Shown piece after piece: positions 41,024 to 50,216 of a stretch of DNA of 64,000 nt. Origin of the DNA: Steroidobacteraceae bacterium (GTDB lineage: Bacteria > Pseudomonadota > Gammaproteobacteria > Steroidobacterales > Steroidobacteraceae); the NCBI GenBank assembly GCA_035625615.1, contig DASPPI010000056.1:2208-66207 (forward strand). The letters run 5' to 3'. The position numbers and the translations under genes were made by a program. The stretch's first letter is position 1; each line of letters begins with the position of its first letter. The notes under the pieces were generated by a model. That model saw only the letters and a list, made by a program, of their open reading frames with translations, had not been told where the DNA came from and ran no database searches.

Positions 41024-44000
41024 GGCGCAGGCACGGCTCGATGAGGCAGCGCGGGCCGAGGCGAGCGAGCCCTCGGTGTCGATCCTGCTGGAGGCGCCGG
41101 CCGGCTCCGGCAAGACCGCGGTGCTGACGCGGCGTTACCTGCGGCTCCTCTGCACCGTGGAAGATCCGGGCGAGGTCCTCGCGATCACCTTCACGCGCAA
41201 GGCGGCGGCGGAGATGCGCTCGCGGGTCGTGCGCGCGCTGCGCGGCGCGATCCCCATGGACGACCCGGAAGCCGAGCCGCTGCGTGCGCTCGCCGAGGCG
41301 GCTCTGGCGCACGGCGCAGCGCGCGGCTGGCGTATCGACAGCGAGCCGCAGAGCCTGCGCATTCAGACGATCGACTCCTTCAATTACTGGCTGGCAAGTC
41401 AGCTGCCGGTCGCCTCGCGTGCGGGTGCCCAGCTCACCGTCACCGAGACCGCCGGCGAGCTCTATCAGCGCGCGGCACGCCGGGCACTGCTCGCTGCGGA
41501 TGCGGAGCCGGAGCTCGCGTCCGATGCGCAGCGCCTGTTCGAGCGGCTCGACAACCACTGGCTCAGCCTCGAGCGGCTGATCGCGCAGATGCTCAGTGAG
41601 CGCGGGCACTGGCTGCATTTCGTGGTCCGTGAGGATCCGCAGCGTCTGTGCCGCCGCGTGGACGAAAGCCTCGCGGCGCTTACCCGCCTGCGGCTCGAGT
41701 CACTGTGCGCGCTCTTTCCCGAACCCGAGCGGCGCCGCGCCGAGACGCTGCCTGGTTGCCGCGCGCTCGGCAGCGAGCCCGGGGACCTCGGCCACTGGCA
41801 GCGGTTCGCCCACCTGGTGCTGACCCGCCACGACTGGCGCCGCCAGCTGAGCGCGCGCCACGACGCGGCTTTCTCGGACCCGGCGCTGCGCGAGCGGGTC
41901 CGCGGTCTCATCGCCGAGCTCACGCCGCTCCCCGGCCTCCGTGAGGCGCTGCTCGAGCTCGCGCACGCCCCGGGGGCGCAGCTGACAGAGGACGAGGGGG
42001 CGACGTTGCGCGCGCTGTCGCGCGTGTTGGCGCGCGCGGCGGCCGAGCTGCACACCGAGTTCGCCCAGGCGGGGCGGGTCGACTACACCTATGTGACGGG
42101 CGCGGCGCGCGCGGCGCTGACCGAAGCGGGCGAGCCCACAGAGCTCGCGCTCGCGGCCGGGCTCGCGCTGCGGCACATCCTGGTCGATGAGTTTCAGGAC
42201 ACCTCGCTCGCTCAGGTTCAGCTGCTCGAGAGTCTCACCGTCGGCTGGGAGGAGGGCGACGGGCGGACGCTGTTCGTGGTCGGTGACCCGATGCAGTCGA
42301 TCTACCGCTTCCGCGACGCGGAAGTCGGCCTGTTCCTGCGGGCGCGTGCCGCAGGCATCGGCCGGTTGAAGCTCCGGGTACTGCGCCTCGCACACAACTT
42401 TCGCGCCACCCGGCAGCTCATCGAGTTCGTGAACGACACTTTCACGCGGGTGTTTCCCCGCGCCGATGAGCCACAGACGGGCGGCGTGAGCTACCGTCCG
42501 TCCGTCGCCGCGCCGCGCAGCGCGCCCGCGCCCGAGGACGTTCCGCCGGTGTCGCTGCAGCTGTTCGCCGACGATCGTCGCGCCGAGGCCGGGGCGATCG
42601 CGGCGCACGTGGCACGCCTGCGGCGCCTCGAGCCGCAGAGCACGATTGCGGTGCTGGTGGTCGCGCACGCGCACGCGGTCCCGGTGATCGCCGCGCTCGA
42701 GGCCGCGGCTTTGCCCGCCCTCGGTGTCGATCTCGTGCCGTTGCGCGAGCGGCTGGTGGTGCGCGATCTGGTGCAGCTGGCGCGGGCTCTGTACGACCTC
42801 GCCGACCGCAGCGCCTGGCTCGCGGTGCTGCGCGCTCCCTGGTGCGGGGCACGGTTGCGCACACTCACGGCGCTCTCGTCCCGCGAGGATGAGCAGGTGA
42901 TCCTCGAGGCGCTCACCCGTCCGGACCGCCTGGCGCGCTGTGATCCGTCGGACCTGCCGCGGCTCGCGCGGCTGCGCGCCGTGCTCGAGAGCGCGCTCGC
43001 GGCGCAGCCGGGGGCGACGGTGACCGATTGGCTGGAGACGACGTGGCTGCGTCTCGGCGCGGCGGATGCCTATTCGGGCCCCGAGCTCGAGGACGCGCGC
43101 ACGTTCTTCGCCGCCCTCGCGGCGCGCGCTGCGGCGTCCGAATGGATCACGCCAGCGGATTTTCCTACGCTGCTCGAGCATCTCTACGGCGCCCCGGCAG
43201 CCGGCGACCGCCCGGTGCAGGTGATGACCATCCACCGCGCCAAGGGGCTCGAGTTCGATCACGTCATCGTTCCGGCACTCGACCGTCCGACACGCACCGG
43301 CGAGCGTCGCCTGCTGCGCTGGATCGACGTGCCGAGTGCGGCCAGCGAGAGCCATCTGCTGATCGCGCCCATTGCGCCGGTGGGAGCGGCCGGGGAGGGC
43401 GCTCTCAACCTCTATGTCAGGGATCTCATCCGCCAGCACGAGCGGCACGAGCGCTGCCGCCTGATGTATGTGGCGGCAACCCGCGCCCGCCGCACCTTAT
43501 GGCTGTCCGCCGCCCCGGCACCATCCGCCGACGGCACGGTGAAACCTGACCGCCGCAGCTTCCTGGCGACCCTCTGGCCGGCGCTCGCCGGGCAGTTCGA
43601 GACCGTCCCGGGAGCCGGCGCGCCGCTCGCATCGTCCCCGCGAGCCGCATCTCTGATCCGCCTGGCGGCCACCTGGCAGCCTCCAGATCCGCCCTCATCG
43701 GTGCTGCTGCGCCGGCTTCCGGCCGCGTGGCTCGAGACCACCCCGCCCGAATTCAGCTGGGTACGCGAGACGCAGCGCGACATCGGCACGGTGGTGCATG
43801 CCTGGCTCGCGCGCCTGAGCGGACAGCCGCTGCCGCCCGCGGCGCCCGAGGCCGAGCGCGCCCTGCTGCTCGCCGAGCTGCAGCGCCTCGGCGTTGCCGA
43901 GCGCGAGCAGCCGCGCGCGCTGGAGGAAGCTCTGGCGGCCGTGCGCCGCACGCTCGCCGACGCGCGCGGCCGCTGGATCCTGAGTGGCGAGCACCGCGAC

Positions 44001-44279
44001 GCGCACAGCGAGTGGGAGCTGAGCGGCGTGAGTGGCGGGCGGCTGCGCAGCCTGAAGATCGATCGCAGCTTCGTGGACGAGACCGGCACCCGCTGGGTCA
44101 TCGACTACAAGACCAGCCGCCACGAGGGCGCTGATCTCGAAGGATTTCTCGCGCGGGAGCTCGAGCGCTACCGGCCGCAGCTCGAGGGCTACCGGGCGCT
44201 CGCCGCCCAGCTCGGACCCGAGCCGGTACGCGCCGCGCTGTACTTCCCGCTGCTCGGGGCGTTTCGCGAGCTGGCCTGA
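41016..44279 (+). CDS. UvrD/Rep-type helicase with C-terminal RecB-like nuclease domain (AddA-like)
   Basis: It has Walker A (EAPAGSGKT), UvrD motifs (VDEFQDTS, FVVGDPMQSIYRFR, TIHRAKGLEFD, YVAATRAR) and a C-terminal nuclease motif (IDRSFVDETGTRWVIDYKT). Its ATG overlaps the upstream stop. Confidence 0.8.
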   Translation: MSEAQARLDEAARAEASEPSVSILLEAPAGSGKTAVLTRRYLRLLCTVEDPGEVLAITFTRKAAAEMRSRVVRALRGAIPMDDPEAEPLRALAEAALAHGAARGWRIDSEPQSLRIQTIDSFNYWLASQLPVASRAGAQLTVTETAGELYQRAARRALLAADAEPELASDAQRLFERLDNHWLSLERLIAQMLSERGHWLHFVVREDPQRLCRRVDESLAALTRLRLESLCALFPEPERRRAETLPGCRALGSEPGDLGHWQRFAHLVLTRHDWRRQLSARHDAAFSDPALRERVRGLIAELTPLPGLREALLELAHAPGAQLTEDEGATLRALSRVLARAAAELHTEFAQAGRVDYTYVTGAARAALTEAGEPTELALAAGLALRHILVDEFQDTSLAQVQLLESLTVGWEEGDGRTLFVVGDPMQSIYRFRDAEVGLFLRARAAGIGRLKLRVLRLAHNFRATRQLIEFVNDTFTRVFPRADEPQTGGVSYRPSVAAPRSAPAPEDVPPVSLQLFADDRRAEAGAIAAHVARLRRLEPQSTIAVLVVAHAHAVPVIAALEAAALPALGVDLVPLRERLVVRDLVQLARALYDLADRSAWLAVLRAPWCGARLRTLTALSSREDEQVILEALTRPDRLARCDPSDLPRLARLRAVLESALAAQPGATVTDWLETTWLRLGAADAYSGPELEDARTFFAALAARAAASEWITPADFPTLLEHLYGAPAAGDRPVQVMTIHRAKGLEFDHVIVPALDRPTRTGERRLLRWIDVPSAASESHLLIAPIAPVGAAGEGALNLYVRDLIRQHERHERCRLMYVAATRARRTLWLSAAPAPSADGTVKPDRRSFLATLWPALAGQFETVPGAGAPLASSPRAASLIRLAATWQPPDPPSSVLLRRLPAAWLETTPPEFSWVRETQRDIGTVVHAWLARLSGQPLPPAAPEAERALLLAELQRLGVAEREQPRALEEALAAVRRTLADARGRWILSGEHRDAHSEWELSGVSGGRLRSLKIDRSFVDETGTRWVIDYKTSRHEGADLEGFLARELERYRPQLEGYRALAAQLGPEPVRAALYFPLLGAFRELA

Positions 44280-44304
44280 AGGATGCAGGCGGCCGGGGTG
44301 ATCG

Positions 44305-45033
44305 TCAGAACGTGCCGGCCAGCGAGAACGGGCGCCGGCCGGAGGCGTCCGGCGAGCCGAGGAAGCGGATGTTGCTGACGATCGCGGGTGCCGCGCCGCG
44401 CCGCGGGGCGATGAGGCCTTCGAGCTCGAAGCCGGGCGCGCGTGTCAGGCGCAGCGTGCCCTCGAGCGCCAGCGGTCCGTCGAGGTCGTGAAGCTTGCCG
44501 ACCGGCTCGCCGCTGCCGCCGGGGAAGACCAGCACGAAGCTGCCGAGCGGCGTGTTGGCGTCGCTGCGATCTTCGAGGTTGCGTGCTTCGATTCGACCCT
44601 GCAGCTGCATGATGATGCCGTGCTCGATCTCAACCAGCGCGAGCTCGAGATGTGCCTGTCCGTGCAGGCTCGGCGGCACCCCGGGCATGAGGCTCGGGTC
44701 GAGCGGCGCATCGGCGACGATGTTGCGCGCGGTGACCCGCTGAGCGAAGCCGAGCTCGACGTCAGCGCTGGCGTTCGCCGCGCCGTGCACGGTCACATGC
44801 GCCGCCAGCCGGCCGCGCAGCAGTCTCAGAGGCAGCAGGTCCCAGCTCACGTCGCCGACCGGCGTGCCGCCGACGGTGAGGCCGGTACAGCCGCCGCTCC
44901 ACAGCGAGCCATCCACGCTCGCGCAGCCCTGCGTCCGGCCTGCCGGGATGATCCAGGCGGCCGGGAGACGCACGAGCACGACGGCCGCGAAGGCGACTGC
45001 GGCCAGCAGTCCGATCCAGACGCCGCGCCTCAC
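44305..45033 (-). CDS. gspN: Type II secretion system protein N
   Basis: 242 aa with an N-terminal anchor (VWIGLLAAVAFAAVVLVRLPAAWIIP). It is the last gene of the gsp block and has a GTG start. Confidence 0.7.
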   Translation of the reverse strand: MRRGVWIGLLAAVAFAAVVLVRLPAAWIIPAGRTQGCASVDGSLWSGGCTGLTVGGTPVGDVSWDLLPLRLLRGRLAAHVTVHGAANASADVELGFAQRVTARNIVADAPLDPSLMPGVPPSLHGQAHLELALVEIEHGIIMQLQGRIEARNLEDRSDANTPLGSFVLVFPGGSGEPVGKLHDLDGPLALEGTLRLTRAPGFELEGLIAPRRGAAPAIVSNIRFLGSPDASGRRPFSLAGTF

Positions 45034-45034
45034 T

Positions 45035-45526
45035 TCAGCCCGCGTGCAGGACGATGGCGGCGTTCACCTGACCGGGAGCGCCCGCCTTCTCGATGTTGAC
45101 CGAGTCGACCGTCACCCCGTTCTGCTGTGCCAGGCGCGCCAGCCACGCCACCAGGGTATCGAACGGCGCCTTTTCGAGCCGCACCGACAGGCTTCCCGCT
45201 CCGCCGGGTTCGCTGCCGGCGAGCGCGCCGGCGAGACCTGACTCGCGCGCCGAGCGGTCGACGATGACGAGCAGCGATTCGCCCGTGGCGGCCGGCGGTG
45301 GGGCGGAGGCGGCGATCTCGGGCGCTACGCTCTGCATCCAGCTCAGGTCCGCGTGCTTCTTGGCGAGGCGCTGCTGGGCGTGCGCAACGCTGCGATCGAG
45401 CGGCAGTAGGATGCCGAACAGCACCAGCAGCGCGGCCAGCACACCGCCACCGACCACCAGGCGCCGTTCGCGCGCAGAGAGCGCCGCGAGCGATTCGAGG
45501 GACAGCGATCCGAGCGACAGCTTCAT
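45035..45526 (-). CDS. gspM: Type II secretion system protein M
   Basis: 163 aa with a single TM segment (RRLVVGGGVLAALLVLFGILL). It is positioned between gspL and gspN. Confidence 0.75.
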   Translation of the reverse strand: MKLSLGSLSLESLAALSARERRLVVGGGVLAALLVLFGILLPLDRSVAHAQQRLAKKHADLSWMQSVAPEIAASAPPPAATGESLLVIVDRSARESGLAGALAGSEPGGAGSLSVRLEKAPFDTLVAWLARLAQQNGVTVDSVNIEKAGAPGQVNAAIVLHAG

Positions 45527-45535
45527 CGCGTGCTC

Positions 45536-46774
45536 TCAGGTTCCCTTGGCATGCATCTGGATGCGTCCCTCGTAACCGGAGCCGACGTTGGTGCCGCCGG
45601 CGAGGTCGGCCTGCCAGCCGTTGTTGCGCAGTGACTGACTGACGCGATCGAGGCTCGCGGCATCGGGCGCTGACAGCTTCATCTCGACCGCGCCGCCATG
45701 GAAGCTTAGCGCCTGCACGCTGGTGCCGGGGGCCACGTCGCGCGCCTGCGCCAGCGCCTGCAGTGCCGGCAGCAGCCCACCGCCCGCACCGCGCACCGCG
45801 GCCAGGCGCTGCTCCATGAGACGCCGCGCGTCGGCGGCGACCGGCTGGCCGGGCAGGGCGCTGCGGAACGCTTCGCGGATGGAGGCATCGACCTGACGCT
45901 CGCGCTTCTTCAGCAGTTGCAGCTCGGCGGTCTTGCCGACCACGTGCAGCCCGATGAGGCACGCCAGCAGGATCGCCGCCACCCGCCACGCCTTGAAGCC
46001 GATGGCGCGCGTGGAGGTCGGCGCGTACGCGCCCTGCAGCAGGTTGATCGGTGAGCTTGAGGGCAACTGCAGGGCGAACAGCGCCAGCGGCCCTCCGGTG
46101 AGCAGCTGCACCTTGATGCCGTCGAACTGCGGGCGGGCCGCCTCGACCTGGGCGGCGTGCTGCTGCCACTCGGCCGGACCGGTGTAGAGAATGAGGCCGC
46201 GCGCCCCGCTGGCGGTGGCCTCCGCGCCCGTCTGCGCGATCTGCAGCGCCTCCTCGAGCGCATCCGCCGGCAGCGTCACGGGAGAGCCACCCGGGGGACG
46301 CACGTACACGCCGTCTTCCTCGAGCAGTGCGACCGCCTGGCCGGGATTCTGCGGCAGCAGATCGCTGTCGGCGTACACGACATCGGGCTCGATCCCCCCG
46401 GCCCGCAACGTGCTCAGCCATTCATCGAGCAGCGCGCGCGCCACTACCGCGACCGGCACCCGCGCGGAATCCGCCGCCCGCTTGCCGATGGCGAAGTGCA
46501 GCGCCTCGATGTCCTCGGCCAGATGCTCCTCGAGCGCGAACGGCACCAGCTGCGGCAGCTTGGCACCGGCCCTGGCCGGCACCTCCGGCTCGGCGAGCAG
46601 CACGTCCGCGCCCGGCACCAGCGCGCACACGCGCCGGCCGGCGGTTCGCGGGACTGCGAGCGACAGCGGACCGCTCTGCGGTGGCCCGAGCGGCGCCCCG
46701 CGCGCGTCCACCACCAGCCAGGTCGCCGCCTGCTCGGGCGTGCGCGGCAGGCGCAGCAGCAGCCAGTCAGACAT
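45536..46774 (-). CDS. gspL: Type II secretion system protein L
   Basis: 412 aa with a cytoplasmic actin-like N-domain, a central TM segment (WRVAAILLACLIGLHVV) and a periplasmic C-domain. Confidence 0.75.
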   Translation of the reverse strand: MSDWLLLRLPRTPEQAATWLVVDARGAPLGPPQSGPLSLAVPRTAGRRVCALVPGADVLLAEPEVPARAGAKLPQLVPFALEEHLAEDIEALHFAIGKRAADSARVPVAVVARALLDEWLSTLRAGGIEPDVVYADSDLLPQNPGQAVALLEEDGVYVRPPGGSPVTLPADALEEALQIAQTGAEATASGARGLILYTGPAEWQQHAAQVEAARPQFDGIKVQLLTGGPLALFALQLPSSSPINLLQGAYAPTSTRAIGFKAWRVAAILLACLIGLHVVGKTAELQLLKKRERQVDASIREAFRSALPGQPVAADARRLMEQRLAAVRGAGGGLLPALQALAQARDVAPGTSVQALSFHGGAVEMKLSAPDAASLDRVSQSLRNNGWQADLAGGTNVGSGYEGRIQMHAKGT

Positions 46775-46833
46775 GGGCGGATACTGGCATCATTTGCCGC
46801 AGCGTGCGCGGCGATTGCGTCACTGTCATGGTG

Positions 46834-47838
46834 TCACTCGGGCGTGAAGCTGCGCTGGATGGGCCGTACCGAGTTGGTAGGATCCTGGTACAGCAGACTG
46901 TACAAATTGAATTCCGTGCTGCCAATGGTGATGAAACTCGTGAGGCGGAAGTAGCTCGAGCTCTGCGCAAAGTAGTTGGCCATGCTCTTCTGCCACTTCT
47001 TCGGATCGAACGCTGCCTGGTAGTTGGCGAGCGTCGGGAAACAGCCGCTGCTCGCGGAGCGGTTCTTGGCGAGCGCCCCCGCGTCGGCGCTGAACTCGCT
47101 GTGTCCCGCGCCGAGGAACGCATCCAGCACTTTGTCCTTGGCGGTACACACGTTGATCTTCGTGCCCCAGGGGAGCGCGGTCACGTACGGCGCCAGCAGC
47201 AGGTAGCGGTCGCGGCCGAAGCCCGGCAGCGCCAGCAGCTCGCTGATGCTGGTGATGTAGCGGTTGGGCGTGCGATAGGGCGGCGTCTGGCCCATGTAGA
47301 CACTGTCCTCCGCGCCGTCGGGGTTCTGCGGCACGATGTCGGCATCGATCCAGTCGATCAGGAAGCCCGCCCATTTCGGCTCCAGCCCCAACATCGCCAG
47401 CAGCTGCGTGAAGGCGCCGACGTAGTCCTGATTGGGCGTGCCGTCATGGTTGACCAGATTGTTGATATTCAGCCGTCCCTGCAGATCCTCGAGTGACGCC
47501 TCCAGCATGATGCCCGGCACCACTTCCAGCGGCCCGTAGGGCTTGTCCCACCCCTGGCCCGGGTAGGTGTGCGTGGGATCGCTCTGGCGGATCTGGCGCA
47601 GACCGTACGCGGCCAGCGCCTCGGCGCCCTGTTGGATCAGCAGCGATTGATCGAATGCGTAGGTGGCCGTGCCGCGCCGCGCCGTCATGGCGTTCTCGTA
47701 AGCGATGGCGGCAGCGAGGATGGTGCCGAGCGCCACCAGCAGCACTGCCACCAGCAGGGCGATGCCGCGCTGCGCGCGCGGCGGCGGGCGCCGACGCTGG
47801 CGCTGCGCGCGCGAGCACCTCGGCCGTGCGGCGCTCAT
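46834..47838 (-). CDS. gspK: Type II secretion minor pseudopilin K
   Basis: QRGIALLVAVLLVALGTILA... is followed by a GspK-like helix-hairpin-helix region (ISELLALPGFG). The ATG overlaps the gspJ stop. The 644-aa ORF extension was rejected. Confidence 0.8.
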   Translation of the reverse strand: MSAARPRCSRAQRQRRRPPPRAQRGIALLVAVLLVALGTILAAAIAYENAMTARRGTATYAFDQSLLIQQGAEALAAYGLRQIRQSDPTHTYPGQGWDKPYGPLEVVPGIMLEASLEDLQGRLNINNLVNHDGTPNQDYVGAFTQLLAMLGLEPKWAGFLIDWIDADIVPQNPDGAEDSVYMGQTPPYRTPNRYITSISELLALPGFGRDRYLLLAPYVTALPWGTKINVCTAKDKVLDAFLGAGHSEFSADAGALAKNRSASSGCFPTLANYQAAFDPKKWQKSMANYFAQSSSYFRLTSFITIGSTEFNLYSLLYQDPTNSVRPIQRSFTPE

Positions 47839-48470
47839 GCGGCGATCTCGATGATGCGCACGATCTTGCCCCAGTCCTCGGTGTCGAGCGTGATCTCGAC
47901 CGCCAGCGGGCGCTCGCGCAGCACGGCTTCCAGGGGCTGGCCGACCAGCGTAGTCGATGTGGCCGGCGGCCATTGCTCCTGCCACTGGCGGCTGACGTCG
48001 AGGTAGCGGATGGTGACCGTCTTCACGCGCGTGAGGAGGTTGCGCCGCTCGGTGGTGCTGGCGAGGGTCGGGTCGAGCACGTCCCAATACTCGCGCCGCA
48101 GCGTACCGTTCTCCAGGTAATAGGCCACACGCTGCAGTCCCGGTCGCTGCAGCCCCGCCGGGTTGGCCCAGCCCTCCCGGGTGAGCGCCACGAAGGGCTG
48201 CGAGCCGGGCGCGCCGCCCTGCAGCGCCGGTTGCGCCGGCTCGTCGCCGACCGGCTGGCGTACGGGGCGGGGAGCGAGCTGCACGAAGTCCTGCTCGAGG
48301 ACGCGCACGGCGGTCTGGAGGGCCAGCAGCTGCGCCTGCTGCCCCTTGAGCGCGTCGTGGCTGGTGAGCGCCTGCCGCAGGGCGCCGTAACCCATGGCGA
48401 ACATGAGCGCAGCGATGAACAGCGCGACGAGCAGCTCGATCAGCGTGAATCCGCGGCTGTGCCCCGTCAT
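47835..48470 (-). CDS. gspJ: Type II secretion minor pseudopilin J
   Basis: It has a prepilin leader and the N-methylation motif GFTLIELLVALFIAALMF; the product is 211 aa. Confidence 0.85.
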   Translation of the reverse strand: MTGHSRGFTLIELLVALFIAALMFAMGYGALRQALTSHDALKGQQAQLLALQTAVRVLEQDFVQLAPRPVRQPVGDEPAQPALQGGAPGSQPFVALTREGWANPAGLQRPGLQRVAYYLENGTLRREYWDVLDPTLASTTERRNLLTRVKTVTIRYLDVSRQWQEQWPPATSTTLVGQPLEAVLRERPLAVEITLDTEDWGKIVRIIEIAA

Positions 48471-49156
48471 TGTGAGGAATCCGGCGTGACGCTGGGATCG
48501 CTCTGCGGCGGGGGAGTGGGCGGCGTGGACGGGCTGCCGAGAGTGTCGGGCCCGCCGAGCGTTCCGCTGGTGCCGCCGAGCGTTCCGGGCGTGCCCGCCT
48601 GGGACGAGAAGCCCGGCATCGCGGTCGCACCCGCCCCGGCGTTGCCGGCGCCCGGGGTCTGCGAGCCCGGTGCGCCCGTCTGCGACCCGGGACCCTGCGG
48701 GCCCTGTCCGGGCAGCTGCTGCGTCCCCCAGTCGGGCTGGTAACCGTTCGGTATGCCGACCGCATCACCCTGGATGCCGCTCACGGTCGTGAACCAGTCG
48801 TTGTCCTCATTCCCCTTGATCTCGGCGGGCCGCACTTTCACGTCGATGCGCACCACGCCCGGTACCTCGGTGGCGACGACCTCCCGCCGCCAATGCCAGC
48901 TGCGGCCGCCGAAGTCGACGTCGCCGTCGCTGTTGCCGACCGGGGCGATCTGCCCGGACAGGCGCAGCGTGGAGATCTGGTTGAGGGCCACCCACTGGGC
49001 GAAGGTCTTATCGCGCAGGTACGCGACGGTGCTGGCAGAGGAGGACAGGGCGCTCAGTACCGCTGCCATGCCGACCGCCACGATCGCGAGGGCGACCAGC
49101 ACCTCGATCAGCGTGAAGCCGCCCGCGCGCAGCGCCAAGCCAGCGGTGCGCCTCAC
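48467..49156 (-). CDS. gspI: Type II secretion minor pseudopilin I with an unusual ~95-aa Gly/Pro/Ser/Thr-rich C-terminal extension
   Basis: A GGFTLIEVLVALAIVAVGMAAV prepilin motif and a GspI-like core span roughly the first 135 aa. The frame then continues without a stop through a low-complexity tail to a TGA that overlaps the gspJ ATG. Confidence 0.8.
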   Translation of the reverse strand: MRRTAGLALRAGGFTLIEVLVALAIVAVGMAAVLSALSSSASTVAYLRDKTFAQWVALNQISTLRLSGQIAPVGNSDGDVDFGGRSWHWRREVVATEVPGVVRIDVKVRPAEIKGNEDNDWFTTVSGIQGDAVGIPNGYQPDWGTQQLPGQGPQGPGSQTGAPGSQTPGAGNAGAGATAMPGFSSQAGTPGTLGGTSGTLGGPDTLGSPSTPPTPPPQSDPSVTPDSSQ

Positions 49157-49728
49157 GGCTGCGACTCCACCATCGGCTGCTCGATGATCGCACCCTTGTC
49201 GTCCTGCGTGAGCGTGACGCTGCGCACCCCGCCGTCGCGCTGCAGCGTCGCGCTGAAGCTGGTGAGATCGCCGTTGGAGAAGATCATGACCTGCGGCTTC
49301 AGGTCGGCAGCGTCGGGGCGCGTCAGCACCACGGGACGCGCTTCGACGGTGAGCTTGACCCCCAGGCCGTCAGGGAGCTTGCGCGCTGCCAGCGCATCGT
49401 CCTCGAACACGGTACGCCAGCCGTCGCGGCGTGCGTCGTAAGTGACGAACTGGTAGCCATCGTCCGCAAACAGCACGCCGTACTCGCGGGTCTGCAGCTC
49501 CGCCTGCTCGCGCGCGTAGGTGAACAGCGCGAGCAGCCGGTCGCTTTCCCGTTCGAGCTCGTGGTCGCGACCGGTGAGGCTCACCGACAGCAGCATCCCC
49601 GCCGTGATCAGGGCGATGATGAGCACCACGACCAGGATCTCGATCAGCGTGAATCCGGCGGCCGCGCGCCCGCGAGCGCTCGGCGCGGCGCCTCTAGTCG
49701 CCGATGTTCCAGTTGCCGATATCGGCAT
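49153..49728 (-). CDS. gspH: Type II secretion pseudopilin H
   Basis: It carries the AGFTLIEILVVVLIIALITAGMLL prepilin motif; the product is 191 aa. The start overlaps the 3' end of gspG by 35 nt and is uncertain. Confidence 0.75.
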   Translation of the reverse strand: MPISATGTSATRGAAPSARGRAAAGFTLIEILVVVLIIALITAGMLLSVSLTGRDHELERESDRLLALFTYAREQAELQTREYGVLFADDGYQFVTYDARRDGWRTVFEDDALAARKLPDGLGVKLTVEARPVVLTRPDAADLKPQVMIFSNGDLTSFSATLQRDGGVRSVTLTQDDKGAIIEQPMVESQP

Positions 49729-50170
49729 CGATGCCTTCCCCGCCGGGCTGGCCGTCGGCTCCGAGGCTGTAGAGGTCGTACTCCTTGCCGTGCGTGCCGG
49801 GATACACGTACTGGTACTCGTTGCCCCAGGGGTCCTTGCTCACGCGCTGCAGGTAGCCGCCCGGTCTCCAGTGCTTGATCGACGGGTCGGTCGGCTGGGT
49901 CACCAGGGCGGCCAGTCCCTGCTCGGTGGTCGGGTACCTGGAATTGTCCAGCCGGAACATGGTGAGTGCGGTCTCCAGGCTCTGGATGTCCTGCTTCGCC
50001 TTGACCACGCGCGCCTCGTCCACCTTGCTGATGACGGTCGGCACGATGACGGCCGCGAGCAGCCCGATGATGACCACCACGACCATGATCTCGATCAGGG
50101 TGAAGCCGGCCGCACGCCCGCGCGCCCGGCCTCTGCTAACCTCGTGCCTGATGTGATTCATGCGCTGCAT
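49694..50170 (-). CDS. gspG: Type II secretion major pseudopilin G
   Basis: GFTLIEIMVVVVIIGLLAAVIVP...AKQDIQSLETAL...DPWGNEYQY...GIDADIGNW is classic GspG. The start is ATG 50170 or 50161. Confidence 0.9.
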   Translation of the reverse strand: MQRMNHIRHEVSRGRARGRAAGFTLIEIMVVVVIIGLLAAVIVPTVISKVDEARVVKAKQDIQSLETALTMFRLDNSRYPTTEQGLAALVTQPTDPSIKHWRPGGYLQRVSKDPWGNEYQYVYPGTHGKEYDLYSLGADGQPGGEGIDADIGNWNIGD

Positions 50171-50216
50171 GTCCGGGCGGCGCAGCCGCCGTGTAAGTCT
50201 GACGGGATCATAACAA

